From Oscillospiraceae bacterium (lineage in GTDB: Bacteria; Bacillota; Clostridia; Oscillospirales; CAG-272), in contig SVSH01000006.1 of NCBI GenBank assembly GCA_015064395.1, forward strand, positions 14,114 through 78,113: a DNA stretch of 64,000 bases, in the 5' to 3' direction. A program made the position numbers and the translations under genes. Position 1 is the first letter of the stretch. Each line of letters starts with the position of its first letter. Of the stretch, positions 41,468 to 51,075 are shown piece after piece. The notes beneath the pieces are model-generated. The model ran no database searches. It saw nothing but the letters and a program-made list of their open reading frames with translations, and was not told the DNA's origin.

Positions 41468-41496
41468 ATTGTACCATATCTCGTCCTTTTTTTCAA
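41468..41496 (-). promoter_or_regulatory. Sigma-A-type promoter of the atp operon
   Basis: Minus strand reads TTGAAA-17 nt-TACAAT with TGg (extended -10). Confidence 0.55.
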
Positions 41497-41616
41497 GGCT
41501 TTTTTACCAAAATAATCTATTTTTTAGAATTCGTTTTTGTGAAAAAAATAACTATATACTATCTTGTGCTCCGGCCGACGCTTCATACCCGTGAAAAATC
41601 GGTAATCAAAATCAGC

Positions 41617-41658
41617 ATAAAAATGCCTCTTTTCGCATTTGAAAAGAGGCATTTTTGC
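41617..41658 (-). terminator. Intrinsic terminator after pgsA
   Basis: 13-bp stem AATGCCTCTTTTC/GAAAAGAGGCATT (41622-41653) flanked by T/A runs on both sides. Confidence 0.7.
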
Positions 41659-41662
41659 GTCG

Positions 41663-42271
41663 TTATTTTTCGGGGTCCATATACTTCCAGTAGGTCACGA
41701 TATAGTTGATGCCCGACCAGATGGTAAAGAGGATCGCCAGCGCCGCCGTTACCAGCGTCAGCACGTAAAAGCCACCAAAGAAATAGGTAGGATCGATGCG
41801 GGCAAGGATATTGTCATAGACGACAGGCTCAAGCAAAGCCAGCTCGATGCAGGCGATCTGCACCACCGTTTTGATCTTGCCCAGCTTATCCGCCGCCACG
41901 ACGACGCCCGACTTTTTGGCGGTGATCAAGCGAATGGAGGCGACCGCCAGCTCGCGGAAAACGGTGATCATCAGCATGATCATAAACACCCAAAACATGA
42001 TATCGTTGTCAGCGCGATAGCGGCAAACAACGCCGAAAATAGCCGCGATGACCATAAATTTATCGGCCAAGGGATCCAGGAACTTACCGAAATCGGTCAC
42101 AAGGCCGCGCTTACGCGCGATCTTGCCGTCCAGCATATCGGTAAAGGAGGCCGCGCCGAAGATAAAGGCGGCGATCAGATTATTATACCAGGTGTAGGGC
42201 AGAAGCATCACGACCAGAATAAAGGGCACCAGAATCAGACGAAGAACCGTCAGCTTATTAGGTAAATTCAT
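41663..42271 (-). CDS. pgsA: CDP-diacylglycerol--glycerol-3-phosphate 3-phosphatidyltransferase
   Basis: DMLDGKIARKRGLVTDFGKFLDPLADK, the CDP-alcohol transferase motif. Confidence 0.92.
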   Translation of the reverse strand: MNLPNKLTVLRLILVPFILVVMLLPYTWYNNLIAAFIFGAASFTDMLDGKIARKRGLVTDFGKFLDPLADKFMVIAAIFGVVCRYRADNDIMFWVFMIMLMITVFRELAVASIRLITAKKSGVVVAADKLGKIKTVVQIACIELALLEPVVYDNILARIDPTYFFGGFYVLTLVTAALAILFTIWSGINYIVTYWKYMDPEK

Positions 42272-42284
42272 ATTCGTATCTCCT

Positions 42285-43622
42285 TTACTTATTCAAAACA
42301 GCACGGCCAAACACGTCGTAATCCACGACCTCATCGATCACAACGTCCACAAACGAGCCGGGCAGAATGCGGCGGGGGCTCTTGAAATAGACCTTGCCGT
42401 CAATCTCGGGGGCATCGGCCTCGCTCCGTCCGAAATGGACCTCGCTGACCGCATCAAAATCCTCGCACAGCACGCGGATGGTCTTACCGATCTTTTTCTC
42501 GTTTTGCGTCTCGTTGATGTGCATCTGCATACGCATGAGGATATCCATTCTCTCCTGCTTGATCTGCTCGTCGATCTGATCGGGCAGATCGTATGCTACC
42601 GTTCCCTCCTCGCGGGAATAGGTAAACACGCCGGCGTGCTCAAATTGCGACTCCTTGACGAACTCACACAACTCAAGGAAATCCTCCTGTGTCTCGCCCG
42701 GGAAGCCAACGATAAAGGTGGTACGGAGCGTCAGATCGGGGATCTCGCGGCGCATCTTGGCTACGACCTCGCGCACTGTTTTTCCGTCTCCGTGGCGGTT
42801 CATGGCCGCAAGCATCCGGTCGGACACGTGCTGAAGGGGCATATCCACATACTTTAAGATTCGGTCGTTATCACGGATCTCGGCGATCAGCTCGTCCGTC
42901 ATCTTGTCGGGGTAGCAGTACAAAAGACGAATCCAGGGAATGCTCGTCTCCTCTGTGATCGCACGAAGCAGCTTGGCCAGCGAGTATTCGCCGTACAGAT
43001 CAAGGCCATAGCGGGTGGTGTCCTGCGCAACGACGGTCAGCTCCTTGATGCCCAGCGCCTCCAGGTTCTTGGCCTCGGCCACGACGTCCTCGATCGGGCG
43101 CGAACGGAAGCGGCCGCGGATGGAGGGGATAGCGCAATAGGCGCAACGGTTGTCACAGCCCTCGGCGATCTTAATATATGCCATATATTCAGGGGTAGTC
43201 AGCACACGGTCACCGCCGAGTCTCACGCAGTTGTGATCCTCGATGGACACGTACTTTTCTTTTCTTGTCTGATCACTGACAGCCTCGAGTGCCTCGACGA
43301 CGTTATGGATCGAGCCAACACCCAAAATGGCATCCACCTCGGGCAATTCTTCAATCACCTGCTCGCGGTAGCGTTCAATCAGACAGCCCGTAACGATGAT
43401 AGCCTTAAGCGAGCGATTTTCCTTGAGCCAGGCGATATCCAGGATATTCTCAATGGCCTCTTTTTTGGCGCTTTCGATGAAGGCACAGGTATTGATGATG
43501 ACCACGTCGGCCTCGGTCTCGTCGGGCGTGATCTCATAGCCGGCGGCGATGACCTCGTGGAGCATGACCTCGGTGTCGAGCTGATTTTTGGGACAGCCGA
43601 GAGAGACAAATCCTACTTTCAT
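42285..43622 (-). CDS. rimO: Ribosomal protein S12 methylthiotransferase (radical SAM MTTase)
   Basis: Start at MKVGFVSLGCPKNQLDTEVM (ATG 43622). Contains CDNRCAYC (radical-SAM CxxxCxxC) and a C-terminal TRAM-like region. Confidence 0.9.
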   Translation of the reverse strand: MKVGFVSLGCPKNQLDTEVMLHEVIAAGYEITPDETEADVVIINTCAFIESAKKEAIENILDIAWLKENRSLKAIIVTGCLIERYREQVIEELPEVDAILGVGSIHNVVEALEAVSDQTRKEKYVSIEDHNCVRLGGDRVLTTPEYMAYIKIAEGCDNRCAYCAIPSIRGRFRSRPIEDVVAEAKNLEALGIKELTVVAQDTTRYGLDLYGEYSLAKLLRAITEETSIPWIRLLYCYPDKMTDELIAEIRDNDRILKYVDMPLQHVSDRMLAAMNRHGDGKTVREVVAKMRREIPDLTLRTTFIVGFPGETQEDFLELCEFVKESQFEHAGVFTYSREEGTVAYDLPDQIDEQIKQERMDILMRMQMHINETQNEKKIGKTIRVLCEDFDAVSEVHFGRSEADAPEIDGKVYFKSPRRILPGSFVDVVIDEVVDYDVFGRAVLNK

Positions 43623-43740
43623 GTTATGTGTTCCTTTCGGGGAAATTAGCATGCATAAAAATACAGTTTGATTATAGCATGGGGGAGGAAAATTGTCAAG
43701 GTTAGATGGTTGAAATTTCGAACAACTGCTTCTGCCCACG

Positions 43741-44643
43741 CTCACACTGTGCTTCGCACGCGTTCGCTGTACCGGCTTTTGATGTTACTTCTTTCTCATT
43801 CAAGAAAGAAGTAACCAAGAAAGTGAACCAAAACGTTCCCTCTTGGAACTCCCTTTCCGTGCCACTCTACAAAGATGATCAAGAGATAGACATAAAAATC
43901 TTTTGTATAGTGCTTCAAGTTTTGCTACCACGAGCGGCAGGCGGGGAAAGCATGGGCTTTTGCCAAGGTAAACCCATCTTGGGCGTGCGCTCATGCGCCC
44001 AAGATGGAGGAGGCTTGACGAGACAAAAAGCCCCGGCGGCTCTCGAAAAGCCGTCGGGCGGTGGGGTCCCAAGGGGTATCCCCTTGGTTCCCTTCTTGGC
44101 TACTTCTTGGGGAATGCCAAGAAGTAGCATAGGCTCTCCCGCCGCGCGTTGTGCGGCGGGCAAAGGAAAGAAAACTGAATTTCAAACAACTTTTCCTACA
44201 GACGCGCACACAGCTGCGCGCGTGCGCTGCACAGGCATGGATGCCATTTCTTTGTCATTCCACAAAGAAATGGCAAAAGAAAAGGAACCAAAGGCTGCCG
44301 CCTTTGGAAACTGCTCCTTTGCCGCTCTGCAAAGAGGAAGAAGAGAGATCACATAAACGCTTTTAATGCTGTGCCTTAACTTAAGACAGCACGAGCGGCA
44401 GGTGAGGAAAGCAAAAGCTTTTACCAAGTCAAACCCATCTTGGGCGTGCGCTTATGCTCCCAAGATGGAGGAGGCTTGACGAGACAAAAAGCCCCGGCGG
44501 CTCTCGAAAAGCCGTCGGGCGGTGGGATCCCAAGGGGTATTAGACCCCTTGGCTGATTTTCTTTCGCCCTTTCTTTGTTCAGCGACAAAGAAAGGGCATA
44601 ACTCCCCCGCCGCGCGTTGTGTGGCGGGCAAAGAAAAGAACGC
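43741..44643 (+). repeat. Hairpin-mosaic intergenic repeat region A (two diverged tandem ~460-nt units)
   Basis: A ~115-nt core (AAACCCATCTTGGGCG...CCCAAGATGGAGGAGGCTTG...GCCCCGGCGGCTCT..AAAAGCCGTCGGGCGG...CCAAGGGG...CCCCTTGG) occurs at 43970-44087 and 44431-44552. There are several 12-bp hairpins of the xxxxTTCTTTG...CAAAGAAxxxx type. Confidence 0.75.
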
Positions 44644-44677
44644 TAAAAATCAAGGGAAGCTCCCTTGAAGCTTCCCT
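44644..44677 (-). terminator. Intrinsic terminator after typA
   Basis: Minus strand reads GGGAAGCT-TCAAGGG-AGCTTCCC followed by TTGATTTTT. Confidence 0.65.
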
Positions 44678-44689
44678 CGCATATATTCC

Positions 44690-46534
44690 TCACTTATTCG
44701 CCTGCAACGCACGACGGATTCTCATCATTTCCTTCATACGCAACTCCGTATTCAAAATCTTCTTGCGCAAACGAATGTTCTTGGGCGTGACCTCGATGAG
44801 CTCATCGTCCTTGATAAACTCGATCGCCTCCTCCAGGGAGAAGATCACAGGCGGGGTCAGGAGCAGCTTTTCATCCGCACCCGCAGAACGAATGGCGGTG
44901 AGCTGCTTGGTCTTGCAGGGGTTGACGGCGATGTCGTCGTTCTTGGGATTCTCACCGACGATCATACCCTCGTAGACCTGCGTCTGGGGACCGATGAACA
45001 TTCTGCCACGCTCCTGCGTATTAAACAGACCGTAGCGAGTTGTCTCTCCCGCCTCACTCGCCACAAGGCAACCCGTCAGGCGCATCGAGATCTCACCACG
45101 CCAAGGCTGATAGCTGTCGTAAATAGAGTTCATAACGCCCTCGCCGTGGGTGGCAGTCAAAAATTCGGAACGGTAGCCAAACAGGCAACGGGAAGGAATG
45201 ATATACTCCACGCGGGTACGGTTGCCCACGGGGGTCATTTCGATCAGATCACCCTTGCGCTGGCTCAGCTTTTCCACCACCGCGCCGACGTATTCCATGG
45301 GAACGTCGATGGTCACGCGCTCCATCGGCTCGCACTTGACGCCGTCAATATCCTTGTACAGCACACGGGGGTTGGAGCAGGTCAGCTCAAAGCCCTCGCG
45401 GCGCATATTTTCAATCAGAATGGACAGGTGCATTTCACCTCTGCCCGCCACACGGAACTCGTCCGTTGTGTCGCCGTCGCTCACACGCAACGAAACGTCC
45501 TTGAGCAGCTCGCGATACAGTCTCTCGCGCAACTGACGGGAGGTGACAAACTTACCCTCCTTGCCCGCCAAGGGGCTGTCGTTGACCGAGAAGGTCATCT
45601 CCATCGTAGGCTCGCTGACTTTGACAAACTCCAGCGGTTCGGGATTGAGGGGCGAGGTGATGGTATCACCAATGGTAATATTTTCCGCGCCCGAGAAGCA
45701 GACGATGTCACCCATCTGTGCCGTTTCCACAGGGCTGCGTCCCAGACCGTCAATCTGATAGAGCGACACGATCTTGGAACGGCGGGGCTTTTCGTCGGGG
45801 CTGTGGTAGTTGCAGATCATCGCCTCCTGACCGACCTTGAGCGAGCCGCGATCAATGCGACCGATACCGATACGACCGACGTAGTCGTTGTAGTCGATGG
45901 AGGAAACGAGCAGCTGCAGGTCACCGTCAGGGTCACCCTCGGGACCTTGAATGTAATCGAGAATGGTATCGAACAAAGGCGTCAGATCGGTGCCCTCGAC
46001 CGAAGGATCGGTCGTTGCCGTGCCGGCACGGCCCGAGCAATACAGCATGGGGCTGTCGAGCTGCTCGTCGGTGGCGTTCAGATCCATGAGAAGCTCCAGG
46101 ATCTCGTCCTCGACCTCGCCAAGGCGTGCGTCGGGCTTGTCGATCTTGTTGATGCAGACGATGACACGGTGATTGAGCTCCAGCGCGCGCTGAAGGACGA
46201 AGCGGGTCTGGGGCATAGGGCCCTCGGCCGCATCGACCAAAAGGAGGACACCGTTGACCATCTTCAGAATGCGCTCGACCTCACCGCCGAAGTCCGCGTG
46301 TCCGGGGGTATCGACGATGTTGATCTTGACGTCCTTATACACGACAGACGTATTTTTGGCAAGAATGGTAATACCGCGCTCACGCTCCAGCGTATTGGAG
46401 TCCATGACGCGCTCGGTGGTTGCCTGGTTCTCGCGGTAAGCGCCGCCCTGCTTGAGCAGTCCGTCAACAAGGGTCGTCTTACCATGGTCAACGTGGGCGA
46501 TGATAGCGATATTGCGCAGATCCTGTCTAATCAT
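44690..46534 (-). CDS. typA: Translational GTPase TypA/BipA
   Basis: [22 protein letters not shown]...[14 protein letters not shown], 614 aa. Confidence 0.96.
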   Translation of the reverse strand: MIRQDLRNIAIIAHVDHGKTTLVDGLLKQGGAYRENQATTERVMDSNTLERERGITILAKNTSVVYKDVKINIVDTPGHADFGGEVERILKMVNGVLLLVDAAEGPMPQTRFVLQRALELNHRVIVCINKIDKPDARLGEVEDEILELLMDLNATDEQLDSPMLYCSGRAGTATTDPSVEGTDLTPLFDTILDYIQGPEGDPDGDLQLLVSSIDYNDYVGRIGIGRIDRGSLKVGQEAMICNYHSPDEKPRRSKIVSLYQIDGLGRSPVETAQMGDIVCFSGAENITIGDTITSPLNPEPLEFVKVSEPTMEMTFSVNDSPLAGKEGKFVTSRQLRERLYRELLKDVSLRVSDGDTTDEFRVAGRGEMHLSILIENMRREGFELTCSNPRVLYKDIDGVKCEPMERVTIDVPMEYVGAVVEKLSQRKGDLIEMTPVGNRTRVEYIIPSRCLFGYRSEFLTATHGEGVMNSIYDSYQPWRGEISMRLTGCLVASEAGETTRYGLFNTQERGRMFIGPQTQVYEGMIVGENPKNDDIAVNPCKTKQLTAIRSAGADEKLLLTPPVIFSLEEAIEFIKDDELIEVTPKNIRLRKKILNTELRMKEMMRIRRALQANK

Positions 46535-46671
46535 TGATTTGCCTCTCTTTATTTTATCAAAATTTTGACTTCACAATACTTAACAGTTTATTATATCACA
46601 TTTTTCGCATAATATAAAGCAGGAAAAGAACGATTTTTGAAAAAATTGAGAAGATTTTTTTGTCGCTTTTG

Positions 46672-47346
46672 CTATGATTCCATATTCCACAGTGCCAGGA
46701 GCTCCCTCACTTCATCGACTACAATGTCAGCCCCTGCGTCAATCAATGCCTCTCTTCCCCGATAGCCCCAGGAACAACCGATAGCCAGCATACCTGCGTT
46801 TTGGGCCGTCTGGATATCCACCTCGCTGTCGCCGATCATGGCGCATTCTTGGGGCTCAAGACCCAAATTTTGCGCGATCAGACAAGACACGGTCGGGTCA
46901 GGCTTGGTGGGAAGCGCGGTCTGTCCCATGACGACCGCCATCGTATCGGGAGGCAACAGCTGCTCGATCAGTCCCTTGGTATATTTGTCCTGCTTGTTGG
47001 ACAGCACCGCCATGCGAAAGCCTCTTTTTTTCAATATAGCAATCGTCTCGGGGATGCCGTCGTAGCACTCGCGGGTATGCAGATAGGTACGAGCATACGC
47101 CTCGTGATAATAGGCAAAAACCTCCTCCGCAAGGGCTTTGTCTTGGGCCTTATCCTCGGGCATACAACGCTTGACCAACAGGCGCGCGCCGTTGCCGATG
47201 GCACGCCTTACGTCCTCGTACGACCGCTCGGGATAACCATAGTGCACCATCGTCTCGTTGATGCCATCCCGGATGGCCGCGATGGTGTCGGCAATGGTTC
47301 CGTCCAGGTCAAAAATAAGCCCTTTTATCTGTTCGGTTTTGTTCAT
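46672..47346 (-). CDS. HAD-superfamily phosphatase (phosphoglycolate phosphatase-like)
   Basis: Start at MNKTEQIKGLIFDLDGTIADT (DxDGT motif I). Also LSNK and GDSEVDIQTA motifs. Confidence 0.85.
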   Translation of the reverse strand: MNKTEQIKGLIFDLDGTIADTIAAIRDGINETMVHYGYPERSYEDVRRAIGNGARLLVKRCMPEDKAQDKALAEEVFAYYHEAYARTYLHTRECYDGIPETIAILKKRGFRMAVLSNKQDKYTKGLIEQLLPPDTMAVVMGQTALPTKPDPTVSCLIAQNLGLEPQECAMIGDSEVDIQTAQNAGMLAIGCSWGYRGREALIDAGADIVVDEVRELLALWNMES

Positions 47347-47597
47347 ACCGGTCAATTTCCTCTCCAAAATATAGGATAAAAAAAGTATATCACACGAAAA
47401 AACGCTTGTCAATATTGCAAGGTAGACTCTTGTCCCTCCGGCCGACAAAAACCGCTAAAAAAAGGGGGAAACAATAATAATTGTAACACATACACCGAGC
47501 AAGAACGGCACACATTAGATAGAGCACAAGCGCCCCCGCGTTTTGCAGTCGGATAGCCGACCTCCTCCCACACAAATCAAAAAAAGGAAGTACCACC

Positions 47598-48659
47598 ATG
47601 AAAAAAAGCATTCGTTCCACCTTTGCCCCATGGTTGCTCTGCCTGTGCCTTGTCTTCTCGCTGATCCCCTCCGTCAGCGCCAAGGAGCATCCCGGCAATC
47701 AGCAATCCCCCGGGGACTTTTCCCGCACCGAGCTCATCCCGGGCGGCATTCCCTTCGGGGTCAAATTCACGACAGACGGCGTTCTGATCGTGGGATTTTG
47801 TGACATAGAGATCAATGGCGACAGCCACAATCCCGCGCGGCAGGCGGGGCTGAAGATCAAGGACGTTCTGACCCACGTGGGCGATCAGCCCATCACCTCG
47901 GCCGAGGATCTGACGGCCAAGATCACCGCCTCCGGGGGCAACGCCCTGACCATCCGCTACACCCGCGGCGGCAAAGAGGCAACCACCACGCTCACTCCCC
48001 TGCCCGACGGCCAGGGCGGCTTTAAAACAGGCCTTTACGTCCGTGACAGCGGCGCCGGCATTGGCACCGTCACCTTTTTCGTGCCGGGCAACGGAGCATT
48101 TGCCGGTCTTGGCCACGGCATCTGCGACGTGGACACGGGCGAGCTGATGCCCTTGCACCGAGGCAACGTCAGCGAGGTGACCATCAGCGGCGTCAATCGG
48201 GGCGTGGCCGGTACGCCGGGCGAGCTGCGCGGCTATTTCGGCACGGGCAAGTGCGGCACGCTGCTGGGTAACACCGCCTGCGGCGTATACGGGCTGTACC
48301 GCTCCCTCCCCGAGGGTCTCCCCCGCGACGCCTATCCCATCGCCACCCGCCAGGACCTCAAGGAAGGCCCTGCCCAAGTCCTCTGCACGCTTTCCTCCAA
48401 CGAGCGCAAAAGCTACGACATTCGCATCTCCGCTATTGACCGCGACGCTAGGGGCTCCAAATGCTTCACCGTCCAGATCACCGACCCCACACTCCTGGAG
48501 GAGACGGGCGGCATCGTGCAGGGCATGTCCGGTTCCCCCATCCTGCAGGACGGCAAGCTCGTGGGCGCCGTGACCCACGTGCTCATCAACAACCCCGCCG
48601 TGGGCTATGGCATCTTCGTCGAGAATATGCTGGCACAGATGGGGGATCTGGCATCGTAA
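47598..48659 (+). CDS. spoIVB: SpoIVB peptidase (S55) with PDZ domain
   Basis: Signal/TM N-terminus. PDZ-like GLKIKDVLTHVGDQPITSAEDL, then GLGHGICD and QGMSGSPILQDGKLVGAVTHV (catalytic Ser region). AAGGAAG RBS. Confidence 0.88.
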   Translation: MKKSIRSTFAPWLLCLCLVFSLIPSVSAKEHPGNQQSPGDFSRTELIPGGIPFGVKFTTDGVLIVGFCDIEINGDSHNPARQAGLKIKDVLTHVGDQPITSAEDLTAKITASGGNALTIRYTRGGKEATTTLTPLPDGQGGFKTGLYVRDSGAGIGTVTFFVPGNGAFAGLGHGICDVDTGELMPLHRGNVSEVTISGVNRGVAGTPGELRGYFGTGKCGTLLGNTACGVYGLYRSLPEGLPRDAYPIATRQDLKEGPAQVLCTLSSNERKSYDIRISAIDRDARGSKCFTVQITDPTLLEETGGIVQGMSGSPILQDGKLVGAVTHVLINNPAVGYGIFVENMLAQMGDLAS

Positions 48660-48820
48660 AACGGGAGGAGCAAGCCCCTCCCCTACCGACACAACCCTAA
48701 ATTTGTAGGGACCGGCGTCCTCGACGGTCCGTAATCATAAAAAGTTGTCCCTGATATAGCACACCGCGCGTGAGCTATACAAGGGACAACCATATATGAA
48801 TGCAGTTACATATACGTCAA

Positions 48821-49117
48821 CTATTCAATAGAGTTTATCGTGATGCGACTCCACATCTGTTTTAGCGTAAAGCTTCCCTTGCCTTTGATATAAAAAAGCT
48901 TGGCTTTCTCGTCAATGTCATCCACAAAACCTCTTATTTCGGAACCATCCGGTGTCAGACGAAAGGAAATAATTTTCCCAATATATGCCCCGCTCGGATT
49001 GGTCATAATCTCTGATTCAACCCTGCAGTTTCTGTAATGGGCATAGCCGGTTACAGAAAAAGTGGCTTTTTGAATCACACCACTGTTAATGCCATCAACA
49101 AACTCTTGATACTCCAT
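48821..49117 (-). CDS. Hypothetical 98-aa protein, third gene of the phd-doc cassette
   Basis: ATG 49117 with AGGGA 7 nt upstream, 20 nt after the doc stop. AT-rich. No family recognised. Confidence 0.45.
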   Translation of the reverse strand: MEYQEFVDGINSGVIQKATFSVTGYAHYRNCRVESEIMTNPSGAYIGKIISFRLTPDGSEIRGFVDDIDEKAKLFYIKGKGSFTLKQMWSRITINSIE

Positions 49118-49137
49118 CAACATATCCCTCACTCAAA

Positions 49138-49515
49138 CTATGCTTGATTCTCCAAAATCCATTCGAGCAACTCCTGATACTTCATCTCTCCCGCCGCAAC
49201 GGCAAGACCGACGCGGGCAACCTCCTCGTTTGTAGGACGAAGCTTGATCCCGTTTGTTTCAAGAAAGGTGAGCAGAACATACATTCCGATCCGTTTGTTC
49301 CCGTCCACAAAAGCGTGGTTTGAGATCAGGGCAAAGCCAAGGCGCGCGCCCTTTTCTTGCTTGGTGGGATAAAGCTCCCGGCCATCAAAGGTAGCGAAGG
49401 CAGATTCCAGTGCGCTATTAAGCAGCGCAATATCGCGCACGCTCGGATCGCCCCCCGTTTCCTCGGTAATCAACTTGTGCAACAAAAGTACTTTTTCTTC
49501 GCTAAATTTAATCAT
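49138..49515 (-). CDS. doc: Doc (death-on-curing) Fic-fold toxin
   Basis: HAFVDGNKRIG, the Doc variant of the Fic motif HxFx[DE]GNKR. ATGA overlap with phd. Confidence 0.88.
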   Translation of the reverse strand: MIKFSEEKVLLLHKLITEETGGDPSVRDIALLNSALESAFATFDGRELYPTKQEKGARLGFALISNHAFVDGNKRIGMYVLLTFLETNGIKLRPTNEEVARVGLAVAAGEMKYQELLEWILENQA

Positions 49516-49754
49516 TTCGCAAGCTCCTCAAAGGCCGGACGGTAAAGCTTCAGAATACGAGCCGCCACAAAGTCGATCTTTTCATCGTCAGTCATTTCTA
49601 TCGTGGTATCCTTATCAATATCCACCAGTTTGTATTTCGGTTTGTTGTTCTTGAAAATATAAAGCTCTCCGTGCTTATCGGTCATTCTGGCCACACGAGA
49701 AAAGTTCTGGTTAGCCTCGGAGATCGAAACAATCTGCTTGGTGTTAATATTCAT
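49512..49754 (-). CDS. phd: Phd/YefM-family antitoxin
   Basis: 80 aa, MNINTKQIVSISEANQNFSRVARM...YIFKNNKPKYKLV. GGAGGAGG RBS. Confidence 0.8.
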   Translation of the reverse strand: MNINTKQIVSISEANQNFSRVARMTDKHGELYIFKNNKPKYKLVDIDKDTTIEMTDDEKIDFVAARILKLYRPAFEELAK

Positions 49755-49785
49755 TTTTCCTCCTCCTTATTCAAGTCACACTATT

Positions 49786-49821
49786 ATTATACACATATTT
49801 TAGGATATTGTCAACCTAAAA
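49786..49821 (-). promoter_or_regulatory. Consensus sigma-A promoter with overlapping palindromic operator for phd-doc
   Basis: Minus strand reads TTGACA-17 nt-TATAAT, with both hexamers perfect. The inverted repeat TTTTAGG-n10-CCTAAAA (49798-49821) spans the -35 box. Confidence 0.65.
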
Positions 49822-49853
49822 TTTAATATTTACATGCTTTGTCAAATACCCTT

Positions 49854-49890
49854 GGAAAAAAGCAACGCTTCCATAAGAAAGCGTTGCTTT
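49854..49890 (-). terminator. Intrinsic terminator after the CDF transporter gene
   Basis: Minus strand reads AGCAACGCTT-tcttatgg-AAGCGTTGCT followed by TTTTTT. Confidence 0.8.
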
Positions 49891-49897
49891 TTCTATT

Positions 49898-51058
49898 TCA
49901 CTCCCGGTCAAAGGTGATCACCGTGCAGAAGGCAGGGTCGATCTCCCGGACGCGGTCGTCGATCTGTCGCTTCAATTCGGCCTGGTCGATCTTCATTTCA
50001 AAGGGGACGACCACGTCAAAGATCAGGTTGGAATGGGTCGAGCCGGGTACCATGCGGAAATCGTGCATATGTAGCCGTTCGTCCATATCCTTGAGAATAT
50101 CCCTCACGCGCTCCCGCAGCTCAGTGACCACGGGATCGCGCGTTTCGATGGGATCCAAGTGGATGGTCGCGTGGATGCCTGCGTCGGTGTACAGCTGCTT
50201 TTCCATACGGTCGATGGCGTCGTGGGTGTCAAAGACGTTGGCCGCGCCGTCCACCTCGACGTGAATGGAGGCCATGGTCGTACCGGGGCCGTAGCTGTGC
50301 ACCGTCATATCGTGGATGCCCAGCGCCTCGGGGTAGGATTCGATGATGCGAACGATGGTCTCAACCGTCTCGGGCTCGGGAGCGCCGCCGAGGATGGAAT
50401 TTTTGGTGTCATTCAAAATGCGGATGCCCGCGATCAGGATCAGAAGCGCTACGACAATACCCATATAGGCGTCGGGATCAAAGCCGCTCCAATGGAAAAC
50501 AAGGGTAGAGACGAGGACCGCAAGGGTAGCGCCGGCGTCGGACAGGCTGTCCGTCATGGTCGCACGGAGCACCTCCGAGTCGATCTTCTTGCCGATGCGG
50601 CGATTGAACAGCCCGAGCCACAGCTTGACAAGAATGGAAATAGCCAGTACAACCACCGTCACCCAACGGAACACGATCGCTTCGGGGTGAAGCAGCTTTT
50701 CGATGGAATCCCGCATGAGCTGATAGCCAATGATCAAAATCAGCATAGACACGATCATGGACGCCACGTACTCAATGCGGGCATGGCCAAAGGGATGGTC
50801 GCGGTCGGCCGGCTTGGCCGCGATGCGGAAGCTGATGAGCGACACGATCTGCGAGGCGGCGTCGGTTAAGTTGTTGATCGCATCGGCCCGGATAGAGATG
50901 GAGCCGCTGATCGTTCCGATCAGAAATTTCCCAACGAACAGCAATAGATTTAAGACAATGCCCACAATTGAGGACAGCGTCCCGTAGGCACTGCGCACCA
51001 CGGGATTTTTCACGTCCTGCGCGTTTTTCACGAAAAGCTTACACAACAAATCAGTCAT
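49898..51058 (-). CDS. Cation diffusion facilitator (CDF) family divalent-metal efflux transporter
   Basis: Six TM segments. Contains AINNLTDAASQ, DSLSDAG and HxxxD-type motifs, plus a C-terminal cytoplasmic domain. ATG 51058 (AAAGGA 8 nt upstream) is preferred over TTG 51079. Confidence 0.88.
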   Translation of the reverse strand: MTDLLCKLFVKNAQDVKNPVVRSAYGTLSSIVGIVLNLLLFVGKFLIGTISGSISIRADAINNLTDAASQIVSLISFRIAAKPADRDHPFGHARIEYVASMIVSMLILIIGYQLMRDSIEKLLHPEAIVFRWVTVVVLAISILVKLWLGLFNRRIGKKIDSEVLRATMTDSLSDAGATLAVLVSTLVFHWSGFDPDAYMGIVVALLILIAGIRILNDTKNSILGGAPEPETVETIVRIIESYPEALGIHDMTVHSYGPGTTMASIHVEVDGAANVFDTHDAIDRMEKQLYTDAGIHATIHLDPIETRDPVVTELRERVRDILKDMDERLHMHDFRMVPGSTHSNLIFDVVVPFEMKIDQAELKRQIDDRVREIDPAFCTVITFDRE

Positions 51059-51075
51059 TACAGCGTTCCTTTCAC

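Noticed and set aside
43706-44427. Small ORFs (216, 90, 82, 81 aa and others) in the rimO-typA gap
   Set aside because: They read through hairpin repeats in several frames and on both strands and are low-complexity (PPPDGF, AAGAF and similar). The same DNA in inverted orientation at 54.2-54.8 kb yields different 'proteins', so the conserved entity is the nucleotide structure.
43741-44680. Possibility that the structured repeats are a known large ncRNA (OLE, ROOL, GOLLD, HEARO)
   Set aside because: I cannot match any remembered conserved motif of those RNAs. The element is present as diverged tandem and inverted copies within 11 kb, which fits interspersed repeats better than a single-copy ornate RNA. 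Only cmscan could settle this.
45146-46537. 463-aa plus-strand ORF
   Set aside because: Antisense to typA, which has clear G1-G4 GTPase motifs on the minus strand.
47577-48692. 371-aa minus-strand ORF overlapping spoIVB
   Set aside because: The plus-strand frame has an RBS, a signal/TM segment, a PDZ domain and the S55 GMSGSP catalytic motif. The minus frame is Ala/Gly-rich with no motifs.
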